From Gordius albopunctatus (taxonomy: Eukaryota): 64,000 nt of DNA. The DNA lies in contig OZ193910.1 in NCBI GenBank assembly GCA_964276515.1, positions 3,968,001 through 4,032,000 of the forward strand, given 5' to 3'. The notes beneath the pieces were generated by a model. That model did no database searches and was not told the DNA's origin. It saw only the letters and a program-made list of their open reading frames with translations. Positions 12,322 through 26,372 of the stretch are shown here, piece after piece (the stretch's first letter is position 1; every line of letters starts with the position of its first letter). Made by a program: the position numbers and the translations under genes.

Positions 12322-15196
12322 GTTAGCATTATTAAAAACACGTTAAATAAAGGCTAAATATAATATTTTCATGGTTCAATAGCAGTTTAGAAAGAGCGTG
12401 AAAAGGTTTACCAAAGGTATTGAGGTAATCCTGGGAATTAATAAATTTGATTCCAATGCTAAATTCCAATAATAAAATTAAGGTGGAAATATGAAATGAT
12501 AAATGCAGCATTATTTCTTTGGTATTTGGAGGATTTGAATTAAAAATTACATATCGACACTAATTCTGGACTTGTTGATTAAATCGCAACTTCCTGGATT
12601 TTTAAAATATTGGCAAGAGGTAGAGACTAAATAATGGATTAAAGTTGATGGGGAGATATGACGATTAAGTGAATATGTGTGTAATAAACTCGAAACGAAC
12701 AAACTTATTTTATATATGCTCGCATAATTTTATATGGCAATAGTAGGCTAGGGAGTTATTACAGTAGAGTGAGCGGTCTCTATCTACTATGTTATGATGT
12801 GTGCAGCGTGGAATTATTATTTTTGTTCTTCTTGTATAATTTCTCGAGTAAAATGTAAGTGAATGTAAGTGAATGTAAGGGGGTGGTAGTAAGGAACAAA
12901 AAAAGACAAATCAAAAGAGTTCCTCTTGACTTTAGGCGTCGTAAAGAAAAGTAATTAAAATACGTAGTAAGAAATTTTTATTTACCCTATTATGTATATT
13001 TTTACATCATTTCATGAGGTAAGAAAGAAACTTCATGTGGGTTTATGCTGTTTTAAAGGTGAATCAAAGAAGCTGGGGGAGGAGGGTAGAGGTATAATAG
13101 TTATAATGCTAGCAGCATAAATACATGCGAGATGATGATAAGACGGGCTTAATTACTCAGCAGAACCCAGGAGGGGGGGATATAGATTATCATGGGAAAA
13201 GTCTAATTAAAAAATCATGAATGCGATTATAGCTAATCAAAACCTTTGAACTCACAAATTAAATTATTTGAAAAAATTTAAATTTATTATGTGATGTATA
13301 AGCATTAGGTGAAGCTCTTAGATTAATCTTGGGGCTTAACGAAAATTCTCGACAATTCTACCACTTTTAGCATTTATTGGGGGCACGGAGTCAATGGAAA
13401 GCTCATCAATCCGGAAGGAAGTTGGGAAGGGATTTTATAAATGAGGAAAAGGGGCTAATTACGATTAATACAAAACCAATGAGAAGATGATTATATTTAA
13501 ATGCAAGTTAGGTAGGCATGGGCGTCGTAGCCAGAATTGGAATTAGAGGAGAGCAAAACGATTTAGGGAGAGGCGAAATAATCATTTTTTGAAATGTTAA
13601 CCATAATTTTACGAAATTTCAACAATTTTTTGGATTTAGAGGGGGCAGCTGCCCCTCCACGCCTAAGTGGGGGTAATATTTGCGGCAAAGGTTAGAGAGG
13701 TGCAGACTATACCAAATGGGTATGAGGAATTTGACTATAATTTGAGCGTTTCTTGCGCGCGCTCCTATTTGTTATTTGATGTCACATAAAGAAGAAGACA
13801 CATGCACATATGTGCCTTGGGTCGATCGTCAGTGTAAAACCGAGATGTCGTCAGGTAACGAATAAAAACAAACAAATCTGCATAATTTTATGGCAATACT
13901 CCCCTATTTCCACGAGTCAAGTAGTCGTATGCACAAGTACAACGATTGCACTCCTTTGCTTGGTAAAATATTATAATTTTGATAATATTGATAATATTTT
14001 ATGTCATTTTTCTATTGTAGAATAAACCGTGCACTGCATAACGACACACTTCAGTCAAGTCAACTGCATTCACAAAACTTATATAGCTATTAGTCTCATC
14101 TTTAAGGGCGCAATTTTGGCATTATGTTTAATTACAATAAAATTTAAAAAATGTTTATTTTGTTAAATATTTTGATTAAATTTTCAATATATTTCATAGT
14201 GATAATTTATAAACTATTAAATGAAAATCAATTATCAAATGTGTTTAACACGACTTGATTCATTTAGGAGAAGCCAGGGGGAGGCAGAGAGGGGCAGTTG
14301 CCCCCCTCTAAATCCGAAAATTCCTTAAAATATAATAATTTGGCTAAAATTTCAACTTTCTACCAAAATCAGTATTTTTCCTCTCTGATTCCCATCCTGG
14401 CTACGCCTATACCTCTTCAGGTGAATTTTACCTAAAAGTATAAAAATTGTATCGAGTTAATATTTTTCTAATAAGAATACACCATTTAACTGTTTTAAAT
14501 TTGTTAAACGAATTTAACCCACCACAATCGTCCAGATTATAAACATGTCAAACATTGTCATCTTGATATTTCATGAGGAGTGGAAAATGGGGAGCTATGC
14601 AGGCCTGGCGCCAGTTTTTCACCTAACGATCCAGTGTAAAAATGCTCATAAAACAAGTAGTTCTTCTAGCTATTATATCTCCTCTGACGACATCCCCTAC
14701 TACAACACGACACGATACTTTTCATATTACAACATTCAAAACTGCCGGCGTGGCGACAGTCTCCAGTCTATAAACTATGAAGATATGTGACATTTAAAAG
14801 CTTCTTTTTCCATGATTGACAACACCCCAGTCTTCTTTCTCTCTCTTTCCCTAACAACATAATGTTTTGTCTTCATTATAGAGACGACCTGCGTAAGGCA
14901 TCTCGGTCCAATCCACTTGGGGACCCGCCGTTTGTTGAGCAATAATAAAGTAGGCAGACTTGTGTAAGTAAATATGCAAAAAGTACACATGCTTTGAGGC
15001 TTGATTCATGACTACTTGATGATGACTTTATCTTCCAAATTGGTGTACATTAAATTTTTAGGGTACATGTATTATAGGAATCAAGTTACAGGATTAACTG
15101 CCCTAAGGGTCAATGAAAATTTTTTAGTGTGTTTATTACTAAAAATTATAGCATTTTCTAAACAACTTCTAAACTCTAATTTTATTTAATCGGTGT

Positions 15197-15366
15197 CATG
15201 GAGGTAGCCAGCATTGGAATTAGAGGGAGGCAAAATGATTTAGGGAGGGGAAAAATGATCGATTTTTTTAAAAATTAGCCATAATTTTAATAAATTTCAA
15301 CAATTTTTTGGATTTAGAGGGGCAGCCACCCCTTCCTGCCCCCCCCCCCTTTTGGCTACGCCCATG
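15197..15366. mobile_element. MITE family A copy
   Basis: Same TIRs and internal GGAATTAGAGGG...TTAGCCATAATTTT...TTTGGATTTAGAGGGG core. Confidence 0.75.
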
Positions 15367-17634
15367 GTATTAATCATATTTAAATTTATGTTTCTATTAA
15401 CTTATGTAATTTAAGCGAATTTTTCTGAAATTAAAGACCAATCTTTTTTAAGTCTACCACCTAGGAAAAATTTTACTCGATAAAATATATCGTATTTTAT
15501 AAAGAGCAAATTTTTCTAGTCATGTCTCAACAATAAGACATAATTAAAGCTGAAGATTTGGTTTATAATTATAATTGCAGCAATTTTATTTAATCGTTAT
15601 TGATTTCAAGGCATGCAGTTGAGTTGCGGACTGTAAAAAGGAAAGCTAATCGTTTTCCATACTAACAAGATGAGCTCTAAATTAGGAAATAGCAGGCGCA
15701 TAGCCAGGATTTTCTCCCGGGGGGGAGAATCTGCAAAAAAATATTTAACATTAAAATTATAAAATCTGGTATAAAACATAAAGAAAGTCATTATAAATAA
15801 TTAACTTGGTCAGTTACGTTGCACAACTATAAAATATAAACTTTTTAGATCTAAAATATTTTATTTTTTCATAAACTCCCGCCCCCCGTACCTACGCCAC
15901 TGGCAATTAGATATAATTATTATCGATACTAGTTCAAAATTCTTTATATAGTAAATTGTTTTCCAATTTCCTATCGTAATTTCAAAGGATTTAAGATCCA
16001 TTAGTCTCATTAATCTTATAGGAGTTCTAAGGTTTTTTTAAGCGTTGCTGACTTATCCTTAAAACATAAATAATATCCAAATTTAATTTAAAAATACAAA
16101 TATTCTATTTGATAATAAAATAAGTAATTTGGATACGAGGAATCGTTTAAGTTAAAGTTATTAAGCTTGCAGGCAAAGCATATTTAAAAAATATATCTAG
16201 GTATATTAATTTAAACTAGAAATGAAAGCTTGCAGTGAATTAAAGGAGAAATAGGACCGCAGTCCTTATAATTCTTTTTAATTTTTAACACGCATTACGA
16301 TATCTCGATATTCATCATTTAAATCCTATATTGAAAAAAAAACCTAATTTTAATCGCTAACATTAGAATATTATATTGCAATAAATAAATATTTGTTGTT
16401 AACCTAATAAAGGGGATCTCATTGAAATAATTCATCTTTTTCATTATATATTTGCCTTTTGATGATGAGGTAATCTGAAGAATGCTCAACATCCAAGCAA
16501 ACTGATCTACATAAATTAATGATTCTAAAATTAATGTTTTACACCAAAATCTAGTGTATTAGAGCTTAAATTTCTTTTCTAAAGGACCCACCATGTGATT
16601 TATACATTAATTCAAACATCCATAAAATTAGAGTTGGATGCCGCGAAATTTAACAAACAACTTTTATAACTTATCAAGGAATTGAATAGTGTATTAACAC
16701 AATCAACAACAAAGCTTGATAAAAAAAACTATTAGCAAAAGTGAAATAAAACAGAGTTAAATGACGAAATCCTGTTAAAATGAGAGATTTCACCCAGGTG
16801 AGCGAATTTCCTTAAGTTAGGCACATGGCCATTTTACCATCATGCCAAAATATCAAAGTAAGCAAATAGATTTTCTAATAAGGCTCGCAAATAATAAACT
16901 GTTTCTAAAACCCTGAAATAAATATATATACTAAAATAACATAAGTTTTGTAGTAACTAAAGCCGCGTTGCCAGGTGGTTTTTGAAAAAAATTTGATTAA
17001 TAAATGAATAAAATGGGTTAAATAAATATAGTTTAGTTGCATATAAGATTTAGAAAGATAAGATGTACATTTCATTTTTGAATTAAATTTAATATTTCTG
17101 AAGAATATTATTGTGCCTTGCTATAAAATAACTTGATTCAACATTTTTTTGAACCCGTGAAAACAGCAGACCCTCGTATGGCTAGGAAATAGCTAACTAA
17201 GCGATCATTTTTAATATAGGAAGGAATCAATTTCATATATATTTCAATTGACATATAAATTAAAGTCAAATTTTCAGGTTTTTACTTGAGCATATACATG
17301 GGGGTAGCTAGGGGCGTATAGTAAATCCTAAAATTTGTTGGAGTTTATTAAAGTTATGACTAAAATTTCAAAAAATGTTCATCTTGCCCCCTCCATAAAT
17401 CATTTTTGCCCCTCCCCCCGCGCCTATAACATATCATATATAGACAAAACATATGCATATCCAAACCTAATTAAGCATTGAATATCAAAGTAAATATCAA
17501 TAATGGTTATCTATCCTATCCTAATACACAAAAATTTTAATCAATCAGGTTAATAAAATAATATCTAGATGATGATACCCTAAATTTGTCGAAGGATGTA
17601 GATTATAAAACCCACCCAAAGCTATAAATACGCC

Positions 17635-17900
17635 TCTGTATTTCGAATCGAATCGAATATTTTTAGTATCTGATTCGGATTCGAAAATTTTATTTGAAAA
17701 AATATTTGATTGGTCGAATATAAAAATAAGGATTCGAATTCGATTCGAAAAAAATTTTAAGATTCGGATTCGATTCGATATTTTTTTAAATTTCTTTAAT
17801 TCCTAAATATCGCTATAAATTAATAATATACATTTCAAAAAATAGATTCATAAAAATACAAAGATTGAATATAAAAATAAAGGCGAAAAGGATAAAATAT
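17635..17900. repeat. Non-autonomous DNA element end with TTCGA/ATTCG repeats (related copy near 62250-62450)
   Basis: Clustered ATTCG(A) motifs; TTTCTTTAATT-CTAAA-ATCGC segment shared with 62395-62440. Confidence 0.5.
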
Positions 17901-20714
17901 CGATATCTCTAAAACAATTAAGAATTGTTTTCGGTCTGTTAATTTTGTTATATAAAAAAGCTTTCACGATGATTGCAGGTTGCATAATTCGATGATTTGT
18001 TATGGTGCCAAATCATTAACTTATTTTTTATCTGATTCAGTATCAAAATTATTTAAATTTAACAAAGTCTCCGTGTCATAAATTAGGTTTTTTTATTAGT
18101 TAGTTTCGGTACTCGTACAAGGGTTATTATCTTGTTATATTATAAATCGAAAATTATCATATGTAAAAGGCTATTTTAATAAAAATATCCGTCCTTTTTT
18201 TTAAATTTGCAGAGTTAGAAGTTTTTACCTTTTAATTTGAGGGTAACAACTTAGTCGCAAATGAAAAAAACTAAATCTAGGGTTTGGATTTACTTTGACG
18301 ATTAGAATTTTCGTTAATCAATACCAAAATTAAATTGACCAATTTGGAATTATTATTATGTATAGCCAGTAGGATATTAAAGTAGGACATAATGGATAAA
18401 ATCTGATATGATATTTCTTAAAATGTACTCTTATTTTAGCATAAACCTAATTAATTAATTATGGATATATTATAGCTGTCAAAATTATATAAGTTGATCA
18501 GGCTTGATATTTGAATTATTAATTAATTTAAAAGCATTAACTTGTGGACGGGATTCTACTCAATTCATTCATAGGCCCCCCCCCCCCACGCGTTTTATTA
18601 CACGTGTCTATTAAATATTGATGAATTTATTCATGAAAAATAATATTTAATTTATGATTGAAATTATATTAATATACATATATCGGGTGTATTGCCCTAA
18701 TACCCATATATTCAAAACCGAAACCAGGCTAAGAATTCGACTCATCTGTGTATCATCAATATTTAACCCATTTGAAACTAATGAATTTTTGACCCATTTA
18801 TAATTAGGTGAGAATCACACAAAAGGACATGAAGTAGTAAATTGATTATTATTTGTCGAAATTCATACAATATATAGCTCGAAGAAAATAAAGTCAACAT
18901 CGTAGTTATAAACCTAGCTGGGATTGAGACAAGGATTCAGGAATGACATATAATTTTATTTTTTTCTGAAAATATAGCAGTAAGTCTGTTGAATTGTTGG
19001 ATTTAGAGGGAAGAAGGGAAATCTTTCCCCCGCCTCCCTGACTACCCACATGATCGCTGAGGGTAACGTTTATTTAACATGGGCGAAGCCAGGGCGGCTG
19101 CCCCCTCTAAACCCAAAAATGAAATTTATTAAGATTATCGCTAATTTTTCAAAAAATGTTTATTTTGCCCCCCCCCCAAATCATTTTTGCTTCCTTCTAA
19201 TTCCAATGCTTGAAGATTTTTGGCCACAGAGTTTTTCTGATTACTAATTACTATTTCATAAATACATACAACCTTTAACAAACAAAACTATAAAATGCAT
19301 TAAAAATATTTTGTAGCGGCAATATTTAAAATAATACTTTTACATGGGCGTAGTCAGGTTTTGGATTGGGGGGGGGGTGGGGGCAAAACATAAATTTTTT
19401 AATTTTTAAGGCTTTTTGCATTGAAATTTTTTTTTCGCCATTTACTTTCTGACAACTCCTATTAGAAAATATTTGTCATGATTTGAGAATTTGCCTGCTT
19501 TCTGCTCATTAATTAATCAATTCTACAAGTTATTTATCAAAATTTTGACAATGATACATCTTGTTATCGCTCGAATTTAAAGTTGAAGTGTTTACTAAAC
19601 GTATTAGGGCCACTCAGAGACAAATCAAACCTAAGGCTCTTAAAAGAAGATACCTTAACGTTAATAATAATCCGATTACTCTTTTGTTCGCATGCTAGAA
19701 GTTGTACTATTACTAACGAGATTAAAAGAACATCCTAAAACCGTATTTAATCTTGTAGCACAGTTTAGCTCAAGCTAGCTTAGTTACTCTTTGCAAAAAA
19801 CACCAGTCAAAATTGTACCCCCCCCCCCCGTCATGGCTTTAATCGCCTTAACGACTGGTCATGTCTTTTAAGGTATATCCTCCTGGACATATGAGAGGTC
19901 ATTAGAAATTTCTAAAAGTCATGATAAACTCGATTTCTATTTCAGAACATAGGTTATAAATCTCGGAATTTTGCGTTTATTCCTTACTAAACCGTCTATT
20001 GAGTTTCTAAACTATAAGCCTCGTTAATACCATTAAAAAGACAAAAGTTTTAGTTAAATTCTCTTAGTATTTATAAACAAATATTTATTAAAGTTTGAGT
20101 ATAAAATATAAAATTTTAATGATTTATTTAATAGGTGAGTATATAAATTCTAAGAAATAAATATAGGTATGAAAAAATCCAGATATTTGATCTCCTTTAA
20201 GTCATAACAAACTATAGATTAGTTAGGTAATTCATTTAATTGTCTAAAATAAATACCATGAAAAAATTGAGTATATTAAGCAAACATTAGCCCAAGAAAT
20301 AAATTTTGGAGCACTAAGATTAATTAGTTATTTTTATAAATAGACTCATTAATCCAATTGATTTTATATTCAAAATATTTGTATTTCAATATTATTAATT
20401 GATAGAAGAAGGAGAAGACTGAACATGAAAAGTGGAAAGGATTGGGCTGTTATTTATCACAAAACATTAATTTTAATATCTATGATATTTTTTATATCTT
20501 TCCCCTTCCTATAATAAACGGATGACTTGTGAATTAGTTTGGTTCCTGGAATTCCTAAAAGTAATCCTATTTTTTTGGAATCAATTAAACCCACAAAATG
20601 TACATCTGCTGCAATTATTTCGTAAACATCAGGATTTGATTGTAAAGGACAGTCATTTAAAAATTAAAAATATAAAATTTAAGAAATCTTATTATATATA
20701 ATCATTTCATTTTT

Positions 20715-21260
20715 TAGATTCTTATTCAAAAAAAAAGTTCTTCAAAAAAAAGCTGATCAGAAAAATAGGTAATAAACCAATAGGAACATTTGGCAATTTC
20801 GACGTATAGTGCCATACAATCTAATGTAAATTTAGGAATATCTGGCAATTTCTGCATATAGTGCAGAATATCAAATTGAGAATTTAAATTTACTCCGGCA
20901 ATTTAGATTAATCTATGGATTTAGGATTTTTCGCAATTTAGATTTAACCTTCTAGTTCTAACGGAAGTTTTCCTACCATTTTTGAATATCCCATTTTTTA
21001 TACCATTTTTTAATATCTATACTATTTTTAGATATCTTATTAATAAATCGAATTATTATTAGATCTTATTTTTAAAAATCCTATTTTTGAATATCTAACC
21101 CATTTTTATATATTCAATATCTAAATTTTATTTTCAAATTTGCTATGCAACATACTCCTCATAAGACATCAAGTACATTTTAGGGTCTATATTTTTTATT
21201 AGCTTTTTTTCTGACCAGTTTTTTTTGGAGAGCTTTATTTTTGGAACAGAAATGAATTTT
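20715..21260. mobile_element. Foldback/long-TIR non-autonomous element
   Basis: Imperfect ~70-bp inverted ends (AAAAAAGCTGATCAGAAAAATAGGTAATAAA vs TTTATTAGCTTTTTTTCTGACCAGTTTTTT); internal GGCAATTT repeats. Confidence 0.45.
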
Positions 21261-22300
21261 TATAGTAATAGCTGTTTGACAATATTTAAAGAAAAATGAA
21301 TTATACAATTTAAAAAAATTGATAAAATCAAATATTTATAAAGCAAAAATTTATGTGAATTAGTTATTATTTTTTGCCTGACCGGCAGGCTGGAAGTTGA
21401 ATTAATTGTCATAAAGAATAAATAAACATATATTTTTTTCCAAATATTCATTAATTATGGCTTAAAGAATTATTTCTTAGAGATTATAATTTAGGTAGTA
21501 ATGTAAAATTAAAAATATTCGTTACATTTGTATATAAAAAAATGAATTATACATTTTTTAAGTGAGATTAATGAATAAAAACATTAAAGTTAAAGGTACC
21601 TAACCATTTTTATTTACTTTAATATTATATCATTTCAATTGGTTCTTTAGTTAGCTTTGTTTAGTATTTTTGCGTCTTTTTAGCAAAAGCGTGTCAAAAC
21701 GATGTACACAGGGTTGTATAAAATCCAAAGACGCTTTCTTATATTGTCTTAGCTAATTACTACAATATTTTTTCTAACAAATAATTGTTAAAATGCATAT
21801 TATGTACGCTCTATAAATTTTAAATCCGCGTTGCGAGGCCATTATATAAAATTATATGAAAATATTTTGATTAAACTCTAAATTAAAAGAAAATAGGTAA
21901 AGCCAAAACCTTGCATCAATAATTCCATATATTGTATCACAAGAGGTGAATTAAGATTGAAATTGCCATGTATATTTCGAGGGGTGCGGAGCGGGGTTGC
22001 TAATCTTGATCCCCTGCCCCAAGTTAAAGTTTATTCGGGGCAGTATATTATCAAGAATAATCTTTAGTCAATATTAGATGACCACTTTTTTTGTCATTAT
22101 TATAGAATTTCTGTTTGCTTTCGTAACTTTCAACTAATTATTATTTTTGCAACATTTATAAAAAAATGAATTTCCTAATAAATAATGACCGCTCTTCAAA
22201 TTTATATGGTCTAGCCTTGCATGGGCCAGGCCGAATCTATTTTTATTTTTTTGGGGTTGACATCGTTTGCAATTGGTACCTTCATGGGCGTAGCAGCATT

Positions 22301-22965
22301 TAGAGCCCTGCACGGGCCACCCGAAGCCCGACCCGGCCCGATCGGACTTCGGGTCAGGCTCGGGCAAAATCTAATAAAAACCCGGCCCGAATTGAACTAA
22401 AGCAAATTAATCTTTTATAAAATAGGATTTAAATAAATTCAATATCTTGGCACAGCGTACATTATATAGCTCTTAAACTTCATCTTTTTCCCTTGTCTGT
22501 TATAATATGGTTATAATATAACTGACCTTAAATGCAAATCTTATTCTATTATTTAAATAGATTCATAAAAGTTACAACTTTATAAATAAGATAAGTAAAT
22601 ATTTCAAAAAGTTTTTTTATTTGGAACTGTAAAAAATACATTTCATAAAGTTAAATTTTTAGCTTTAAATTATTAGCTGAATATATTTATTTTTAACGAG
22701 TGAAAATTGATTTTTTATTTCAAACTTATCCTAGTTGTAAATTACGAGTAATAAAAATCTAATGCATTTTATATTTAGATGGTGAAAAAATTTGAAAAAT
22801 TGGTGAAAATTTTTTGAAAAATATAATTTTTCGAAATTTTATTTGAAAAATCGGGTCGGGCTCGGGTCGGGCCAAAAATAAAAAAGTCTTTCGTGCTCGG
22901 GTCGGGCAAAATAAAAATTGAAAAGTCGGGCTCGGGCAGAAGAAATTTCATTTTTCAGGGCTCTA
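22301..22965. mobile_element. Non-autonomous hAT element inserted in a family-A MITE (22283-23091)
   Basis: TIR TAGAGCCCTG/CAGGGCTCTA; perfect 8-bp TSD GCAGCATT; subterminal GCCCGA/TCGGG repeats. Confidence 0.88.
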
Positions 22966-24357
22966 GCAGCATTTATTTAAAGAGGGGCAAAATGATCATT
23001 TTTTTAAATTTTAGCCATAATTTTAATAAGTTTCAACAAAATTTTGGATTTAGAGGGGGGCAGACGCCCCCCCCCCCTGGCTACGTCCATGGTAATTTAT
23101 AATAGCATAGTTATAATGGATTAGTGAATTTATTTTGTAAAGTATTATAATATTTGATTTTCACAGACTTGATACATGATTTTATGGACCAATAAATGCA
23201 TCATCGTCAACTAATCCTCATAATCTAAGTGTCCATTTTTTTATTTATAATTTATTCATCAGAATTATGCAATCATTATTCCCTTACGATTTGACTCGAG
23301 TTATTTCACAATTAATCTTTCTTTACGATCTAAATCCCTAGTTATAAACGGGCACGGGCTCATTTAGTAATCTCTTACTTACATTTGGAAATTTAAAAAT
23401 TTATTAAAATACTAATTTATTTAATTAGCCTTTTAAATTAGATTAAAAATGATAATTATGAAAAATTTGCCTGAAATTTATTTTGTAAAAAAAAATTAAC
23501 TATTAATCATAAAAATTAGCTTAAACGAACCCGAATGGACTCTACAAAATTTCGTGTCGGGTCAAAGGTTATGAATCTCACATTGCGAAATAGACGGGAC
23601 ATATCTTTAAATTGATGCTATTTTTATAATATTTTTAATTAATATCGAAATGTAAAATTGAAGATCATTCATTCTGTTTAATAATTTCCTTTTATTTATT
23701 TATATACAATTGTTTTAATTTGGAGGCAAATTTAAATTTGAATCGTGAAAGGTAAATATATAAACAAAATAATATTTTTTGATTTTAAATAATGTAAAGT
23801 GGCAGTTCATTATCAATTTAAACTACATAAATATATATGCATAAATGGGCTTAGGCATCATTGGGATTAGAGGGGGCAATAATGATTTAAGGGGAGGGGC
23901 AAAATGAACATTTTTCCCAATTTTAGCCCCATAATTTTAATATATTTCGACACATTTTTCGATTTAGAGGGGCAGCCGCCCCCCCCTTGACTATGGCAAT
24001 GATTTTATAAACCAAAATAAAAGTAAGTCTAAATTTATTAAATTGTCCATTTGTAAAACTATATATTTTAAATAAATTGCGACCGGATATTGTAGATGCT
24101 TGCACGTTTATACATCACTGTAATAAATCATTTAAATAAATTTTGTAATACAAATCTGTGCTATCAATTAGTTTCATAAATCGCACTTAAACTTGTCGTT
24201 TCTTACTCTAGCGTGGGATACCAAAATTTGAAACGCGTTTGGGAGGGATTCGGTTTTAAAAATTTAAACGCTTTCGGATCGAGTTCGGGTTGAAAATTTA
24301 AAAATGCTTTTAGGTCGAGTTGAGATCACCATTATTAAAAATAAAGATACTAATAAA

Positions 24358-24560
24358 TAGAGTTGTTAAATTGCTAACTTTCTTCAACTCCAGCTACCAT
24401 CTGCTCGAGTTTCTGCTCGGTCCTCGAGCATTTTTATATGCTAATGTTCTACCTAGTGCACCGAACAGAGAGCACATATTGTGCTAACGCGCATATTAAG
24501 CAACTCAGTGTGCGTGCTCGCGTCTGGAGTTTGAAGAAAGTTAGCAATTTAACAACTCTA
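24358..24560. mobile_element. 203-bp hAT-type MITE (family B), copy 1
   Basis: ~29-bp TIR TAGAGTTGTTAAATTGCTAACTTTCTTCA; perfect 8-bp TSD CTAATAAA. Confidence 0.9.
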
Positions 24561-25243
24561 CTAATAAATATAAAAATAAAGATTTATTAAGGGCCAGGGG
24601 ATGGGACATACAGTATATATATAAAACAAAGTTTTTAAGACAAAAGAAAATAAAAATATTATAAAAAGATTAAAACATATGTTAATTACCAACTCGGATT
24701 TGTGTTACAATATTAAAATATATAATTATAGCCATAATATAATCTGTAGAAAATGATATACAAATATACGTATTCACATATACAACAGTTTTGGTAAAAA
24801 ATGTTAAACAGTTTTAGGGTCGGGTCGGGTTGAAAAAAGTGACTTTGCAGTTCTCTAGCCCCAGCACGTACCAGAGCCCCAACAAAAAAATATTTAGAAA
24901 ACTTTAAACGAAAAAATAGTTAAACATGTAACCAATATTATCATCCCCGTTTTTATTATATTCTGGTGAGTAAAATATAACTGTACTTTCGTATCGCTCA
25001 AAATAATATTATTTTAAAACCTATTTATATTTATATATGAATTAAAGTATTTTTTAAACTAAAAAAAGATCAGCTTGCCCCTCCCTAATTCATACAAAAG
25101 TTCCGGCCCCCAATTGATTTTTAGCATAAGACAATGATAAAACCTCAAAACGTATCTATTTTGTTTTTTTATATTCCAAGAGCAAATTTCATACACATAA
25201 AAAATTATCATATAAATATTTTTATGGATTTATAGTTTTGTAA

Positions 25244-25546
25244 TTAATTGTTAAAATAAAGAATACTTGTAATATTTAATGCCAATCCGATCAAGGTAGT
25301 GTTTGTAAATGAGACATTTTGGGCGCTATAGTTCGACCTAGATGTCACAATGTTATTTAAATTTTTCATCAAATTCCTATATGATATCTCCAGATTTGGG
25401 TCTAGAAAATTTACTGAATCATTATTAGATACCTTATTAGGGTATAATACGGGGATAGATACATTTACATTAGAATTCGTTTTATTTTGGCTGTAAGCTA
25501 GGATGTGATTGAGAGAAAAGATTATTAAAAAGAATTCCCACGACAT
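25244..25546 (-). CDS. Possible secreted/membrane, N-glycosylation-rich small protein or first exon
   Basis: 100-aa ORF with a signal-peptide-like start (MSWEFFLIIFSLNHILAYS) and many N-x-S/T sequons; no recognised family. Confidence 0.3.
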   Translation of the reverse strand: MSWEFFLIIFSLNHILAYSQNKTNSNVNVSIPVLYPNKVSNNDSVNFLDPNLEISYRNLMKNLNNIVTSRSNYSAQNVSFTNTTLIGLALNITSILYFNN

Positions 25547-26226
25547 TAGTGGTATCTTGAATTTAATACTTTTAATTTAGTTTCAATGAGGCATTGATTG
25601 GATAAAATCATATTTCTCAAAGTATATTATATATATTTAAAATATATTGTGGCGGGAATATGTTGTGGAGGGTGGCCATCGTCACAAAATATGTGGCGAT
25701 CGATTAAATAATCATGAAAACATGCACATACTTTGGTAACATTTTTTAAGCCGATAACTCTATCGATAATTATCAGCCCACCCCCCCCCTTCCACCCTGA
25801 TCGGTTCCAACAAATTAGGCTGAAAGTTAGGTGCAGACCGATAAACAAAATATTTAGGCATTTTGGTTGGGATAGGATGAGGAGAGGGCGAGAAGGGGCA
25901 TGAAAAAATTATGCATTTAGCGATGATGATGAGATTATCACGTTAAAATTATTGTCCACCAATGCCCCTTTTGTTGCCCCTAAGGACCCTAAAAACAAGA
26001 ATTATGGTTAATATTAACGAATATTTACATTATAGCCAGCCCTTAACTACTCGATTGCTAGAATAATCCAATCAGCAGCATTTAAAGTAGTAAAATCTGA
26101 CCACTTCTCCAACATTAACAAAACTTAACGTTTTATTGAAAATTACTATATTGAAACTTATAATCTTATGGCGATACGTAGGTATAATTTTTATGCAAAA
26201 AAAGAAATTTTCTAAGCTAATATACG

Positions 26227-26372
26227 CACGGGCGTACCCAGGTTTTGGATTAGGAAGGGAGCCAAACGTTCAAAAGTTCAATTAGGGGGGGGGGGGCAAA
26301 ACATAAATTTTTTTAATTCTTAAGGCTTTTTGCTTTGAAAAATTTTTTTCCGCCATTTACGCTACCCCCATG
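26227..26372. mobile_element. MITE family A variant
   Basis: CACGGGCGTACCCAG...GCTACCCCCATG; perfect 8-bp TSD AATATACG. Confidence 0.8.

Noticed and set aside
12851..12880. (GAATGTAAGT)x3 tandem repeat
   Set aside because: Ordinary short slippage repeat with no supporting context
14890..15050. Candidate unc-5 signal-peptide exon (LKACVLFAYLLTQVCLL)
   Set aside because: That frame has no ATG and the wrong donor phase; the phase-1 frame lacks a hydrophobic core
20330..20660. Minus-strand frame faintly resembling a Polinton/adintovirus minor capsid (LLLGIP...INVL)
   Set aside because: Short, broken by stops and frameshifts, with no other Polinton genes or TIRs nearby
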